From positions 456,134-520,133 of the forward strand of contig JBOEGG010000001.1 of NCBI GenBank assembly GCA_050633285.1: a stretch of 64,000 bases of DNA, in the 5' to 3' direction. The first letter of the stretch is position 1. Every line of letters begins with the position of its first letter. Below, piece by piece: positions 1 to 9,700 of this stretch. Under the pieces are notes generated by a model that had not been told where the DNA came from, did not search any database, and worked only from the letters and a program-made list of their open reading frames with translations. Made by a program: the position numbers and the translations under genes. The DNA is from Alphaproteobacteria bacterium. GTDB taxonomy: Bacteria; Pseudomonadota; Alphaproteobacteria; Micavibrionales; Micavibrionaceae.

Positions 1-1212
1 GCTGTTTTGATGCTCTGTTTGTTTTATATACTCATATTGCCCTGAAACCCAGAGATTTCTATTGAGTTTATAAAGAAGTTCCATTTCCGCGCCCATGCGT
101 TTCAAATCTCTATCCGCATTACCTTTATAATCCCGCAAGAGATATGATGCAGAAGGCTCTATAAATATATTAGGGGCAAACTCATAAACAGCAGATGCGC
201 TAATTTTAGTATCGATACTTGATGAAATGTTATTCAACGTTGATTCCTCAATACTGCGTTCAGCGTTTAAAGTAAGAGCCATAAGAGTTGAGGGCTCCCA
301 TGTAAGGTTAAGAGCATATAGAAAATCATTGATACTATCGAAACGATTATCATCTAAATTACGCCTTACATAAGCAGCGCGTACCGTAGATCGTAACAAG
401 CTAGAGGATGGTGTAAGATTTAAGCCAAGCCCTGTAATAAAGCTTTGTGATGATCTTTCGAATCCATTATCATCAATTTTCTGATCGTATCGTATCTTTT
501 GAAAGCCGGTATATAAAAATGGAGATAAAGGCAACTCGCGTGAGAGTCCGATGGTTGCCGAAGTTCCAAATTGGTTTCTGTTTCTGTCATTGTTATTGAC
601 GAAGGCTGTTTCAGTTCTGTTGTCTTCAAATGTATTGCGTTTAAAAGAGTTGCTTAAGGATGCGTCAATGGTTGCCCCTTTATAATCTAGTCCTGCCCCA
701 ATATTGAGTTCGTTGTTCTTTGTGGGCTCAACTACGCCACGATCATCGGGGCTGGATCGGCGGGAATGGCCTCTGTTATAACTCACTGAAAGTGGAGCCG
801 TTATGTCTCGTGATATATCAACTCTTCCGTTTATACTTGCGGAATAGTCAAAGTAATTTTCATCTTCTATATCGACATACCGCCCGTTCTCAGCAGTCAG
901 GGATGCAGAAAAAAAGTGTCTTGAGAAATCAGAGCGCACCTCTATTGCGGGTCTTACGATGTGTAATGTATCTGCGATTTCATCGGATTGGGTGGAGTAT
1001 AAATTATCCGTATGCTCAATGACATTATCCAGATCGGCATGAAAGATAAATCCGGCAAAGCGTGTGCCGGCGGGGTCATAATCCGGATTACGCCTTGTGA
1101 GAACAGAGAGCTCTTGCTCACGCTCGGCCAAGCTCGCCGTTTGCGCGGATATGGTGCAAACAGGGAGGCTGAGCGCTGTAAACGCGCAAATGGAAAAAAG
1201 ACGATATTTCAT
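1..1212 (-). CDS. Outer-membrane beta-barrel protein (BBP2/porin-like), C-terminus beyond window start
   Basis: Uninterrupted minus-strand frame with ATG at 1212 (alternative ATG 1245); the ORF track omits it because no stop lies in the window. N-terminus MKYRLFSICAFTALSLPVCTISA|QTAS is a Sec signal peptide. Body is alternating amphipathic, Gly/Asn/Tyr/Ser-rich beta-strand sequence typical of OM barrels. Family call is a guess. Confidence 0.55.
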   Translation of the reverse strand, partial: MKYRLFSICAFTALSLPVCTISAQTASLAEREQELSVLTRRNPDYDPAGTRFAGFIFHADLDNVIEHTDNLYSTQSDEIADTLHIVRPAIEVRSDFSRHFFSASLTAENGRYVDIEDENYFDYSASINGRVDISRDITAPLSVSYNRGHSRRSSPDDRGVVEPTKNNELNIGAGLDYKGATIDASLSNSFKRNTFEDNRTETAFVNNNDRNRNQFGTSATIGLSRELPLSPFLYTGFQKIRYDQKIDDNGFERSSQSFITGLGLNLTPSSSLLRSTVRAAYVRRNLDDNRFDSINDFLYALNLTWEPSTLMALTLNAERSIEESTLNNISSSIDTKISASAVYEFAPNIFIEPSASYLLRDYKGNADRDLKRMGAEMELLYKLNRNLWVSGQYEYIKQTEHQNS

Positions 1213-1284
1213 ATCGTTTCGGTGCTTGTGTGAATTGAAAAACATTTAGATAGAATCGGGCGAAAACCCATGTCTATAATTTTA

Positions 1285-2049
1285 TTACTTTTCTTGTGAA
1301 ATGTCCACAGTTCTGTACGTGATACAGGAAAGAATATGCTTCCCGTGCCAACCATTTGGCTTGTATATCCCGAATTTTAGATAAGGAGCTTTGTGGTCGT
1401 TATAGCTATTCGCGCCTTCATATGTGTGTGTAGGGCCATCGGCAATAGTGGTTTTTAAAACACCATTATCCTGATGGGTGAGGTTGGCTATAATCTGTAT
1501 AGGGATCCACTGATTTTGTTCATAGGAATAGTTTTGAAAAATTTCCCGAGATTGAATGCTGCTATTTTCTTCGGCGCAATGATATCCACTCGTCTTCGAT
1601 ATGGCGGTCTTATCCCATCTGTTAAACATGCGTAAATTGCCCTTATATGCCTCTAAGGATACCGGAGGGCATCTCCAATTCTCTGATGTGTCAGGGGGGG
1701 AGTGAATTTGAAAAATACTCATCCATCTATCTGCTTTGTTGACGTTATGGCTGATTTTCATGTCGTAAGAAATTTGTGCCACAAAAGGACGTTTTTGAAA
1801 GGGTTTTATAACAATTTCACATCTTTTTTGATTTGATGCCTTGTGAAGGCAGACGGAAAGCTCCGCTGAATGAGGGGCATCTATGACTTGGAAACTCTGT
1901 TGTGGGCATTCAATTTGTATCTGGCTGGCCGGTATACCAAAAAAACGAGCGAGATTCTGGATATCTGCGGCATTGGTAGAAGCGAGAGAGTTGGGAATAT
2001 ATAAAACGCTATTCAAACAAAGCGCAAAAAGAAATATTCTAAAAAACAT
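1285..2049 (-). CDS. Secreted polysaccharide-lyase-fold protein (alginate lyase 2 / PL7-like)
   Basis: Signal peptide MFFRIFLFALCLNSVLYIPNSLA. QIH motif (WMSIFQIHSPPD) and YxKxGxY motif (YLKFGIYKPNGW) match two of the three PL7 signature blocks. Confidence 0.4.
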   Translation of the reverse strand: MFFRIFLFALCLNSVLYIPNSLASTNAADIQNLARFFGIPASQIQIECPQQSFQVIDAPHSAELSVCLHKASNQKRCEIVIKPFQKRPFVAQISYDMKISHNVNKADRWMSIFQIHSPPDTSENWRCPPVSLEAYKGNLRMFNRWDKTAISKTSGYHCAEENSSIQSREIFQNYSYEQNQWIPIQIIANLTHQDNGVLKTTIADGPTHTYEGANSYNDHKAPYLKFGIYKPNGWHGKHILSCITYRTVDISQEK

Positions 2050-2250
2050 GGATGACCCTTACATGAGAAGGAATGATTGAATATAGTGGCAGGCAATAGA
2101 TAAAACATCAATATATTGTGCTTAAATCTTTCGGGAAATATAACAAGGTATTGATATATAATGAAAATATATATTTTGTTGATTTATTGTAAAGATTCGC
2201 ATTATTATTTTTCATAACTTTTTGTGTGTTTAAATTTAGGGGAAAACGAT

Positions 2251-4395
2251 ATGACTACAACTAATGTTGAAGGTACGCCTACCTTCATATCTGAAAATAT
2301 TATTAATCCATATACAGGCGAGATATTACCGCTATTGGGAACGTATTACATTAACGATACGCATGTGGATGGCGGTGCGGGTACAAGCGATGTACTTTCG
2401 GGCTCACCACTTAATCAATATTATCGTTTGGTCGATGCTGCTGGTGATTTATTGATAGAGAATATTGAATTCATTTTCCCTGGCTCCGGTAATGATATTG
2501 TCAATATTGCCAGCACGACACATGTTCTGGGTGATATGATTATTGCGACGGCTGGCGGTGACGACATCGTTTGGTCGAATTCCGGTAATGACATTATAGA
2601 CGGTAGCCTTGGCAATGATATTCTGCACGGCGGTCCGGGGCATGACACGATTACCGGTGGTGATGATAATGATATTATTACCGGTGGTCAGGGTGATGAT
2701 AATATTAATGGCGGCTCCGGAGTAGATGTTGCCATATATACTGGTGCGTTTGCTAATTATACGATTGCAGATAATGCGGGCACACTTACTGTAACGGATA
2801 ATGTTGGTACAGACGGTGTGGATACGGTCAACGCAGTTGAAACGCTGGTCTTTGTCGATGGTCTGTATCAGGGAGGCGTGTTCGTTCCCAATGTACCAGC
2901 CACGAATGACAAACCTGTCCTTGGAAAGGATAGCACGACTGTTGATGAGGACGGTTCTGTTATCATCAATGTCTTGGCAAATGATAGTGATCCTGATGGG
3001 GATGCGTTAAGTGTCACATCTGTAGGCGGAGTAAATCATGGTGTCGCTGTAATTAATACGGATGGTACAATTACATATACGCCAAATGCAGATTTTTTCG
3101 GTGAGGAGAGTTTTTATTATACTGTCACGGATGCGCGTGGTGAAACTGCAACGCAGCGCGTAAATGTTACAATTGATCCGGTGGCAGATGATCCGGAACC
3201 AAATGTAGGACCTGTCTTGCGTAAAGATAATGTCACTGTTGATGAAAATGATTCTGTTGTGATTGATGTTCTCGCCAATGATAGTGATCAAAACGGCGAT
3301 ACTCTTGAAATTGTACAAGCCTGGGGCGCTAACAACGGTAGCATTGTTGTGAATGCGGATAACACAATTACATATACACCGAACGCGGGCTATAATGGAT
3401 CGGAGAGTTTTTATTATCAGGCATCTGATGGAAATGGCGGTTTATCAACGCAGATTGTGAATGTGAGTATAGCCGCAGTTATTACTGCGCCGGATGCAGA
3501 CCTTGTATCTCTTGATCTCGGAGCGGCATCTTTGTCATCTTATTCTAATCAAGATAATACGCCAACCGGTGCGGGAGCATCAGAAGCACAATTATCTTTG
3601 GCAGGAAACAGTTGGAAGGTGGTTGATCTTCCATCCGGATATACAACAACAGAATATAGTGTTTTACGTTTTGATTTCAGCTCTAACACGCAAGGCGAAA
3701 TCCACGGTATAGGATTGGACACAGATAATGACCACACGACCGGTGATCGGTTGGTACAGGTATACGGAACGCAAAATTGGGGGCAAGATGGTCCTGATTA
3801 CGCTGGTGATGGTTCTGTGCAGGGGTTTGATATCTTGTTGAGTGATTATTACAATGTTGGTGAAACCTATACGCAGCTTGTCTTTGTGAATGATGATGAT
3901 GCGAATAGTAACGCAGATAGCTTGTTTGAAAATGTTTCTTTTTATGAGCTGGGTGATGATGCATCGCAAACCATGGTAAGTGGTGATGGAAGTCAACAAA
4001 TATTCGGTCTGGGTGGGGATGATATCCTTTATGCAGGCGATGATAATGATATCCTTTATGGCGGTGAAGGCGCCGATGTTCTGCACGGTGAAGGCGGTGC
4101 CGATATGTTTGTGTTTGAATTTGATAGTTTCTTTGCCGTTGATGAAATCGCAGATTTTAATACCTCAGAGGACGACAGCATCAATATTTCTTATCTGTTA
4201 GAGGGCTATGATCCTGTTACGGATGCAATTGCAGATTTTGTCCAAATTACGGATAATGGCGTTGATTCGGTATTGTCGGTTGATGTGGATGGTGGTGCAG
4301 ATAATTTTGTTCAGATTGCTACAATAACAGGCGCAACTGGCCTGAGTGATGAGGATGCTCTGGAAGCTGCAGGGAATTTGATTACCGTGATCTAG
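2251..4395 (+). CDS. Type I secretion substrate: RTX-repeat / cadherin-like repeat adhesin
   Basis: ATG 2251 with AGGGGA RBS (the track start at 2224 is GTG). N- and C-terminal GGxGxD nonapeptides (GGDDIVWSNSGNDIIDGSLGNDILHGGPGHDTITGGDDNDIITGGQGDDNINGG; GLGGDDILYAGDDNDILYGGEGADVLHGEGGADMFVF). Two ~95-aa cadherin/VCBS-type modules (VLANDSDPDGDALSVT...ITYTPNADFFGEESFYYTVTD). C-terminal DxxxDxIxxxx/VDGG segment typical of T1SS C-terminal secretion signals. No cleavable signal peptide. Confidence 0.75.
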   Translation: MTTTNVEGTPTFISENIINPYTGEILPLLGTYYINDTHVDGGAGTSDVLSGSPLNQYYRLVDAAGDLLIENIEFIFPGSGNDIVNIASTTHVLGDMIIATAGGDDIVWSNSGNDIIDGSLGNDILHGGPGHDTITGGDDNDIITGGQGDDNINGGSGVDVAIYTGAFANYTIADNAGTLTVTDNVGTDGVDTVNAVETLVFVDGLYQGGVFVPNVPATNDKPVLGKDSTTVDEDGSVIINVLANDSDPDGDALSVTSVGGVNHGVAVINTDGTITYTPNADFFGEESFYYTVTDARGETATQRVNVTIDPVADDPEPNVGPVLRKDNVTVDENDSVVIDVLANDSDQNGDTLEIVQAWGANNGSIVVNADNTITYTPNAGYNGSESFYYQASDGNGGLSTQIVNVSIAAVITAPDADLVSLDLGAASLSSYSNQDNTPTGAGASEAQLSLAGNSWKVVDLPSGYTTTEYSVLRFDFSSNTQGEIHGIGLDTDNDHTTGDRLVQVYGTQNWGQDGPDYAGDGSVQGFDILLSDYYNVGETYTQLVFVNDDDANSNADSLFENVSFYELGDDASQTMVSGDGSQQIFGLGGDDILYAGDDNDILYGGEGADVLHGEGGADMFVFEFDSFFAVDEIADFNTSEDDSINISYLLEGYDPVTDAIADFVQITDNGVDSVLSVDVDGGADNFVQIATITGATGLSDEDALEAAGNLITVI

Positions 4396-4414
4396 GTCAA
4401 AAGAATAAGAGAGA

Positions 4415-4442
4415 GGCCGGGCATTATGTCCGGCTTTTTTTA
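4415..4442 (+). terminator. Rho-independent terminator after the RTX adhesin gene
   Basis: GCCGG-gcattatgt-CCGGC hairpin followed by T9 run. Confidence 0.6.
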
Positions 4443-4514
4443 TTTTAAGGTGACAAAAATTATACGCTAGGCTATATCCCTACACTTTATAAATATAGGA
4501 AAGGGGACGGTATC

Positions 4515-4706
4515 ATGACAATAAAACGTAAAATCACAATAGGTGTTGTCGCGTTTTTTATATATCTGCTCAGTACAATTCCTGTTGGCTTGTTCCTGTA
4601 TTCATTAAAAACAGAATCTGGTTTAAATGTTTTCTCAAAAACAGGATTTCACAGTTATGTCTACTGCTTACAAGAGCAGGTTGAGGCAATCGGAAGTCAA
4701 AAGTAA
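4515..4706 (+). CDS. Small single-TM hypothetical protein (63 aa)
   Basis: AGGGGA RBS 8 nt upstream of the ATG; one hydrophobic helix (IGVVAFFIYLLSTIPVGLFLY); sits in the 413-bp gap between the two adhesin genes. Confidence 0.3.
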   Translation: MTIKRKITIGVVAFFIYLLSTIPVGLFLYSLKTESGLNVFSKTGFHSYVYCLQEQVEAIGSQK

Positions 4707-4807
4707 ACTGTGCTTTTAAAAAGTTTAGTATTTCCTATAGATTTTTTCCTTTTCATACACTAGTACTTCTTGCCGCGTGAATACGTATAAACGGGAAGGT
4801 TTGAAAC

Positions 4808-6412
4808 ATGATAAAGGTAAGTCAAAATATTAGCACGGTATTTGGTTTATTCGCTGCTGTCGCAGTAACAACAACAGCGAATGCAAATGAGAGGCCGGTT
4901 CTCGGCAAAGACAGCGCACGTGTTGATGAAGATCAATCCGTCGAAATTAACGTCCTTTCCAATGATAATGATCCTGATGGCGATGCCTTAAGAATTACAT
5001 CTGTAGAAGGGCTAACCAATGGGGTTGCCACCATTAACGCGCTGGAAAATCGTATCACATATACGCCCAATCCCGATTATAATGGTACGGAGAGCTTTTT
5101 ATATCGTGTGACCGATGATAACGGTGGCAATGCAGTACAACGGGTTAACGTTACAATTGACGCAGTTGAAGATGAGGTTGAGCCAAATTTAAGGCCGACA
5201 CTGGGAAAAGATAATGTCTCTTTGATAGAAGGGGAGACACGTCAGATTAATGTTCTATCCAATGATTCTGATCCGAATGGTGATGCACTTAGCGTAACCC
5301 AAGCATGGTCCGCGACGCATGGTACGACTACGGTGAATGCGGATAATACAATTACATATACGCCTGATGCGGGCTATTTTGGTGCTGACTCTTTTTATTA
5401 TCAGGCGAGCGATAATAGAGGCGGTCTGGCAACACAGGTTGTGAACGTCTCCATTGAGGAAGTCGCGAACCGACGCCCGAAGTTGGGTAAAGATAGTGCA
5501 CTATTAAGTGAAAACACAACGGTAAGGTTGAATGTCCTGTCCAATGATTCTGACCCTGATGGTGATGCGCTTAGCGTAACCCAAGCATGGTCTGCGACGC
5601 ATGGTACGACTACGGTAAATGCGGATAATACGATTACATATACGCCAGATGAAGATTATTTTGGTAATGACGCTTTTTATTATCAGGTAAGTGATGATAA
5701 TGGTGGTTTGGCAACGCAGGTCGTGAGTGTATCAATTGCAGAAGTTGATGATGGGCCGGATCCAAACAATCTTCCTCCCGTTGCTGTCAGGGATGATTTT
5801 ACGGTTGATGAGGATACAGTGACGGAACTGGATGTTTTGTTAAATGATAGTGATCCGAATAATGATTATCTAACTGTTGTCTCATTCACTGCGCCATCAC
5901 ATGGCGACCTTGAAATGGAGATTAAAGAAAATAATACGATCTGGTATCGGCCAAACGCAGAATATAATGGTCGGGATAGCTTTACTTACACGGTCAGTGA
6001 CGGGCAGGGAGCAGAAACAACGCAGACTGTTACTCTACATGTGCAACCGGATGTATCGGAAAACGCAAAGCATATATACTTCGCTATGCAGGCTTGTAAT
6101 ACAGGTGGTTGTTCGGTGAAATCAAATGAAGTGACAAAATATATGGATGGCCCGAAAATAACGCTTGGCTGGGATCAGCCAACGCGCCTTGAGAACGGGC
6201 AATGTATAGATGAAAATACGCAAGTGACCAGTTATGTATTGAATATGGGTGTAGAGCAAGGTGTGCATGGTGCAACTGATTTATGGTCTTTAGAATCTGT
6301 GCATGTGGATTGTGAGCCGACTGGTCGTCGTGATGAGCAGTGCGATGTTGATATCATGAGATGCACAGAAGAAGATTATTATGTCGAAGGATTCATTACG
6401 GATTTTGAATAG
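4808..6412 (+). CDS. Secreted cadherin-like repeat protein (4 tandem modules + Cys-rich C-terminal domain)
   Basis: GGAAGG RBS. Signal peptide MIKVSQNISTVFGLFAAVAVTTTANA. Four ~95-aa modules each with NVLSNDSDP(D/N)GDALSVT and ITYTP(D)xxYxGxDSFYYQxSD motifs. C-terminal 120 aa has 8 Cys. Confidence 0.75.
   Translation: MIKVSQNISTVFGLFAAVAVTTTANANERPVLGKDSARVDEDQSVEINVLSNDNDPDGDALRITSVEGLTNGVATINALENRITYTPNPDYNGTESFLYRVTDDNGGNAVQRVNVTIDAVEDEVEPNLRPTLGKDNVSLIEGETRQINVLSNDSDPNGDALSVTQAWSATHGTTTVNADNTITYTPDAGYFGADSFYYQASDNRGGLATQVVNVSIEEVANRRPKLGKDSALLSENTTVRLNVLSNDSDPDGDALSVTQAWSATHGTTTVNADNTITYTPDEDYFGNDAFYYQVSDDNGGLATQVVSVSIAEVDDGPDPNNLPPVAVRDDFTVDEDTVTELDVLLNDSDPNNDYLTVVSFTAPSHGDLEMEIKENNTIWYRPNAEYNGRDSFTYTVSDGQGAETTQTVTLHVQPDVSENAKHIYFAMQACNTGGCSVKSNEVTKYMDGPKITLGWDQPTRLENGQCIDENTQVTSYVLNMGVEQGVHGATDLWSLESVHVDCEPTGRRDEQCDVDIMRCTEEDYYVEGFITDFE
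5281..5740 (+). repeat. Intragenic direct repeat (~180 bp unit at 5281-5460 and 5561-5740, ~90% identical)
   Basis: DNA compared directly. Both copies encode SVTQAWSATHGTTTVNADNTITYTPD..FYYQ.SD..GGLATQVV.VSI.EV. Confidence 0.8.
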
Positions 6413-6493
6413 TATTCTTGCCTATTTTATATAGTGTTGAGTTAGGATTCTATGTTTGATTCCTGACTCTTGTGCATTTTTTTTAAAATGATT

Positions 6494-6512
6494 TTAGAAT
6501 TAGAATTCTCTA
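6494..6512. promoter_or_regulatory. Imperfect palindrome TTAGAATTAGAATTCTCTA in giant-adhesin upstream region (candidate operator)
   Basis: Core AGAATTCT is a perfect palindrome with extended imperfect arms, about 250 bp upstream of the 6757 start. Confidence 0.2.
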
Positions 6513-6756
6513 AATCAAAAGGGCTACACTCTGTTTCCCGATACACTTGCATTTCCGCATCATAAAAAGGTTACATTTTCCTTAATATTTTGTTGTTTTT
6601 TCGAAGAGAAAGGGCGTATATTCCATCCTTATTACTAGAATGCGACACAGAATATATCTGGTGCGCTGCACAAGTTAGGGACAACTTGGCATCGTGCGGG
6701 GGCATTACTCGTAACAGATAATTAAGAATTTGAGCGTAAAGAGCAAGGATAAGACG

Positions 6757-9700
6757 ATGGGTAAATATGTAGCAACACGCAATAAAGTACAATGTACACG
6801 AGCGGCAAACATAACAAAAGGTCTTTCTAAGGCATTAATGTCGACAACAGCCTTTATGGCAGCGGCTCTTTTAATGCCGATGAACGCGGATGCACAAGAT
6901 GCAACGCCGACACATTCTTGGGATTATGATACGGTTCTGGACGGTAATGTGAGTAAGGATCTAACAATTCCGAACGTAACCGATATTACAGTTACAAACG
7001 GTAATGGTTATGTTGAAGGTAATGCAGATATTTACAATGGTCATACAGTGAACGTTACTGGTGATAGCGGCAGCACATTTGCATACCGTGATAATCGCGC
7101 AGATATTCAATCTACATTGGATGGTGATCTGAATTCTAATATGCAGATTGTTATTATCGATAAGGATGGTTTGTTTTTCACTGAGAATTCCAGTGTTGAT
7201 GTGCAAAGCTTAATCGCCACTTCAGGAAAGATTAGTGTCTCTGATATTATGGATAACGGAGATTTAACGATCAAAAATATCGCGAATGGCGGTGAAATTG
7301 TTCTGGATGGAACGATTACGGTTGCTGAAGCTGGTCTTGCGGCATTTGTATCCCCATTTGTAACCAACAGTGGCGTTATTAATGCAAAGCTTGGTAATGT
7401 TGTCATGGCGTCTGGTAAGAAGGTGACGCTTGACATGTATGGTGACGGCCTTGTTGAGGTTACTGTTAAGGGTGAACTGAATGACGCTCTTTTAAGTAAT
7501 GAAGGTTCAATTAATGCAGAAGGCGGTACAGTACAGATTACTGCGAAGGCCGCAAAAGATACAATTGATAACGTTATCAATAACACGGGTATTATCACGG
7601 CATCTTCTGCAACAGTTTCAGGCGGTAAAATTATTCTGTCCGGTGGTAAAAACGGAACAGTCAATAACAGCGGCTCAATTGAAACATCTGCGGGTGGTTC
7701 GGTTGATATATCAGGTGAGCGTTTCGTACAAGAGGGTGCACCTCCTGTACCTTCGTCAAAGCCGGCATTAAGCCCATCTATTAATACGGGTGGTGGTAAT
7801 GTGAATATCGCGACAAGCGGAAATGTTGAAATCTACGCAGGCGAAATTAATGCCGAAGGCGGAAATATTGACATCGATAATGGCGGTGTTTTCACTTCTG
7901 TCGCAAATACTTTAAAAACAAATGGTACAGGCACAATTGACCTGAATCAGAATCAAGATGATACACCTGTCCCAACTGCACAAATTCTTGCATTGATTGA
8001 GCCGGCTGCTCAGGGAATCCAAGGCGCAATTGATGCGATTGATAACACAGGTACAGGCGAAAATACAATTAATGTAGGCGCGGGCACATTCAATGAATCT
8101 GTTAGTGTGGATCATGCAAATATCGTTCTAAATGGCGCAAATGCAGGTACAGCAGGCTATTCTAATGCGCGTGGTGATGAAACAATCATTAATCCGAATT
8201 CTCCGGGATTCCATGTAACTGCGGATAATGTGACAGTTGATGGGTTTACCGTTACTGGTGGTGATCCTGGCATTCATGTAGATCACGCACAAAATGCATC
8301 AATTTTGAACAATGTAGTAACCGGAAGTACAACACACGGTATCCATTTCAATCGTGCTCATAATAGTACTGCACAGGGTAACAGCATAGATTCTGTTACT
8401 GAATCAGGTATCTTTGTAGAAAGAAGTAATAATACTGATATTGGTGGTCTTGCATCGGGTGAAGGTAATGAAATTGATGGTGCATGGACAGGTATTCGCA
8501 CCAGTGATAGTAACGACATATCCATTATCGGAAACGATATAAGTAATATCACAGGAACAGACCGTTTCGCTGACGGTATCCATGTGTTTGGTGGTGCTAG
8601 TGTAGATGTCTCTAATAACCGTATTGATACGACGAACGATGAAGGTGTTTATGCAAGCTTTACCCGTGGAAACCTAACAATTACGGACAACGTTATAACA
8701 AATGTTGGTCTTGCAACACCTGACATTGGTAATGGGGTTGAGCTGATCTACACGAAAGGTAATGCGAATGTGTCAGGTAATAAGATTACGGGCACAGAAC
8801 ATGCAGGTGTTTTAATTAAAGAGACGAATACTTCTGGTGGCTCTTTTGTTGTTGATGATAATAGAATTAAGAACACTGGTGCGTCCGGTATTGATATCGA
8901 TAAGAAAGCTGCGAGCGTTTCAGGTAATACAATATCCAATGCTGGCAAACACGGTATTGATGTAGATGCATCATCTAATGTTGTCATCGCGGGTAATGAT
9001 CTGTCTGACATTACCGAAATCGGTATTTTTCTAGACGATAGTGATAATGCTGTTATCGGTGGTACGACTGCTGCTGATGCAAATAAAATTAATCGTGCAT
9101 GGACAGGTATCCGTGTAAATGACGCTAACGAAGCAGATATCATAGGCAACAATATTAAAAACATCACAGGAACAGACCGTTTCGCTGATGGTATCCATGT
9201 GAATGGCGGTGCTAATGTTGAGATTTCTCATAACAAGATTAAGAATACGAATGACGAAGGTGTATATGTAAGTTTTGCACGCGGTCACATTGTTATTGAT
9301 GACAACACAATCACGAATGCTGGTCTTGCGACTGCCGATATCGGTAATGGGGTTGAGCTAATTGCGATGAAAGGCTCAGCAGAAATTACAAACAATGATA
9401 TTAATGGCGCTGAGTTTGCCGGTATCTTGCAAAAAGGTTGGAGAGGAAGTGGCTCTCTTCTTGTTGCAGGGAATGATGTAGAGAACGCACAATTTGGTGT
9501 TCGTATTGATGAAGGTATCGATGGTCGTCGTGTTGATATTCTGGACAATGATTTAAAAGCGGATGATGTTGGCGTTCTTGTAACTGGTGGCATCACAAAT
9601 GGTGCACATTTGCAGATAGGCCAACTGTTCGACGGCAACACTATCAAATCTAAGGGAGATGGTGTCCGCATTGAAGGTGGCGTAGACGATTCTGACGTAT

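Noticed and set aside
5877-6275. Internal or antisense ORFs within the cadherin-repeat gene (5877-6119 +, 6084-6275 -)
   Set aside because: Out-of-frame overlap with a well-supported CDS; basic low-complexity products.
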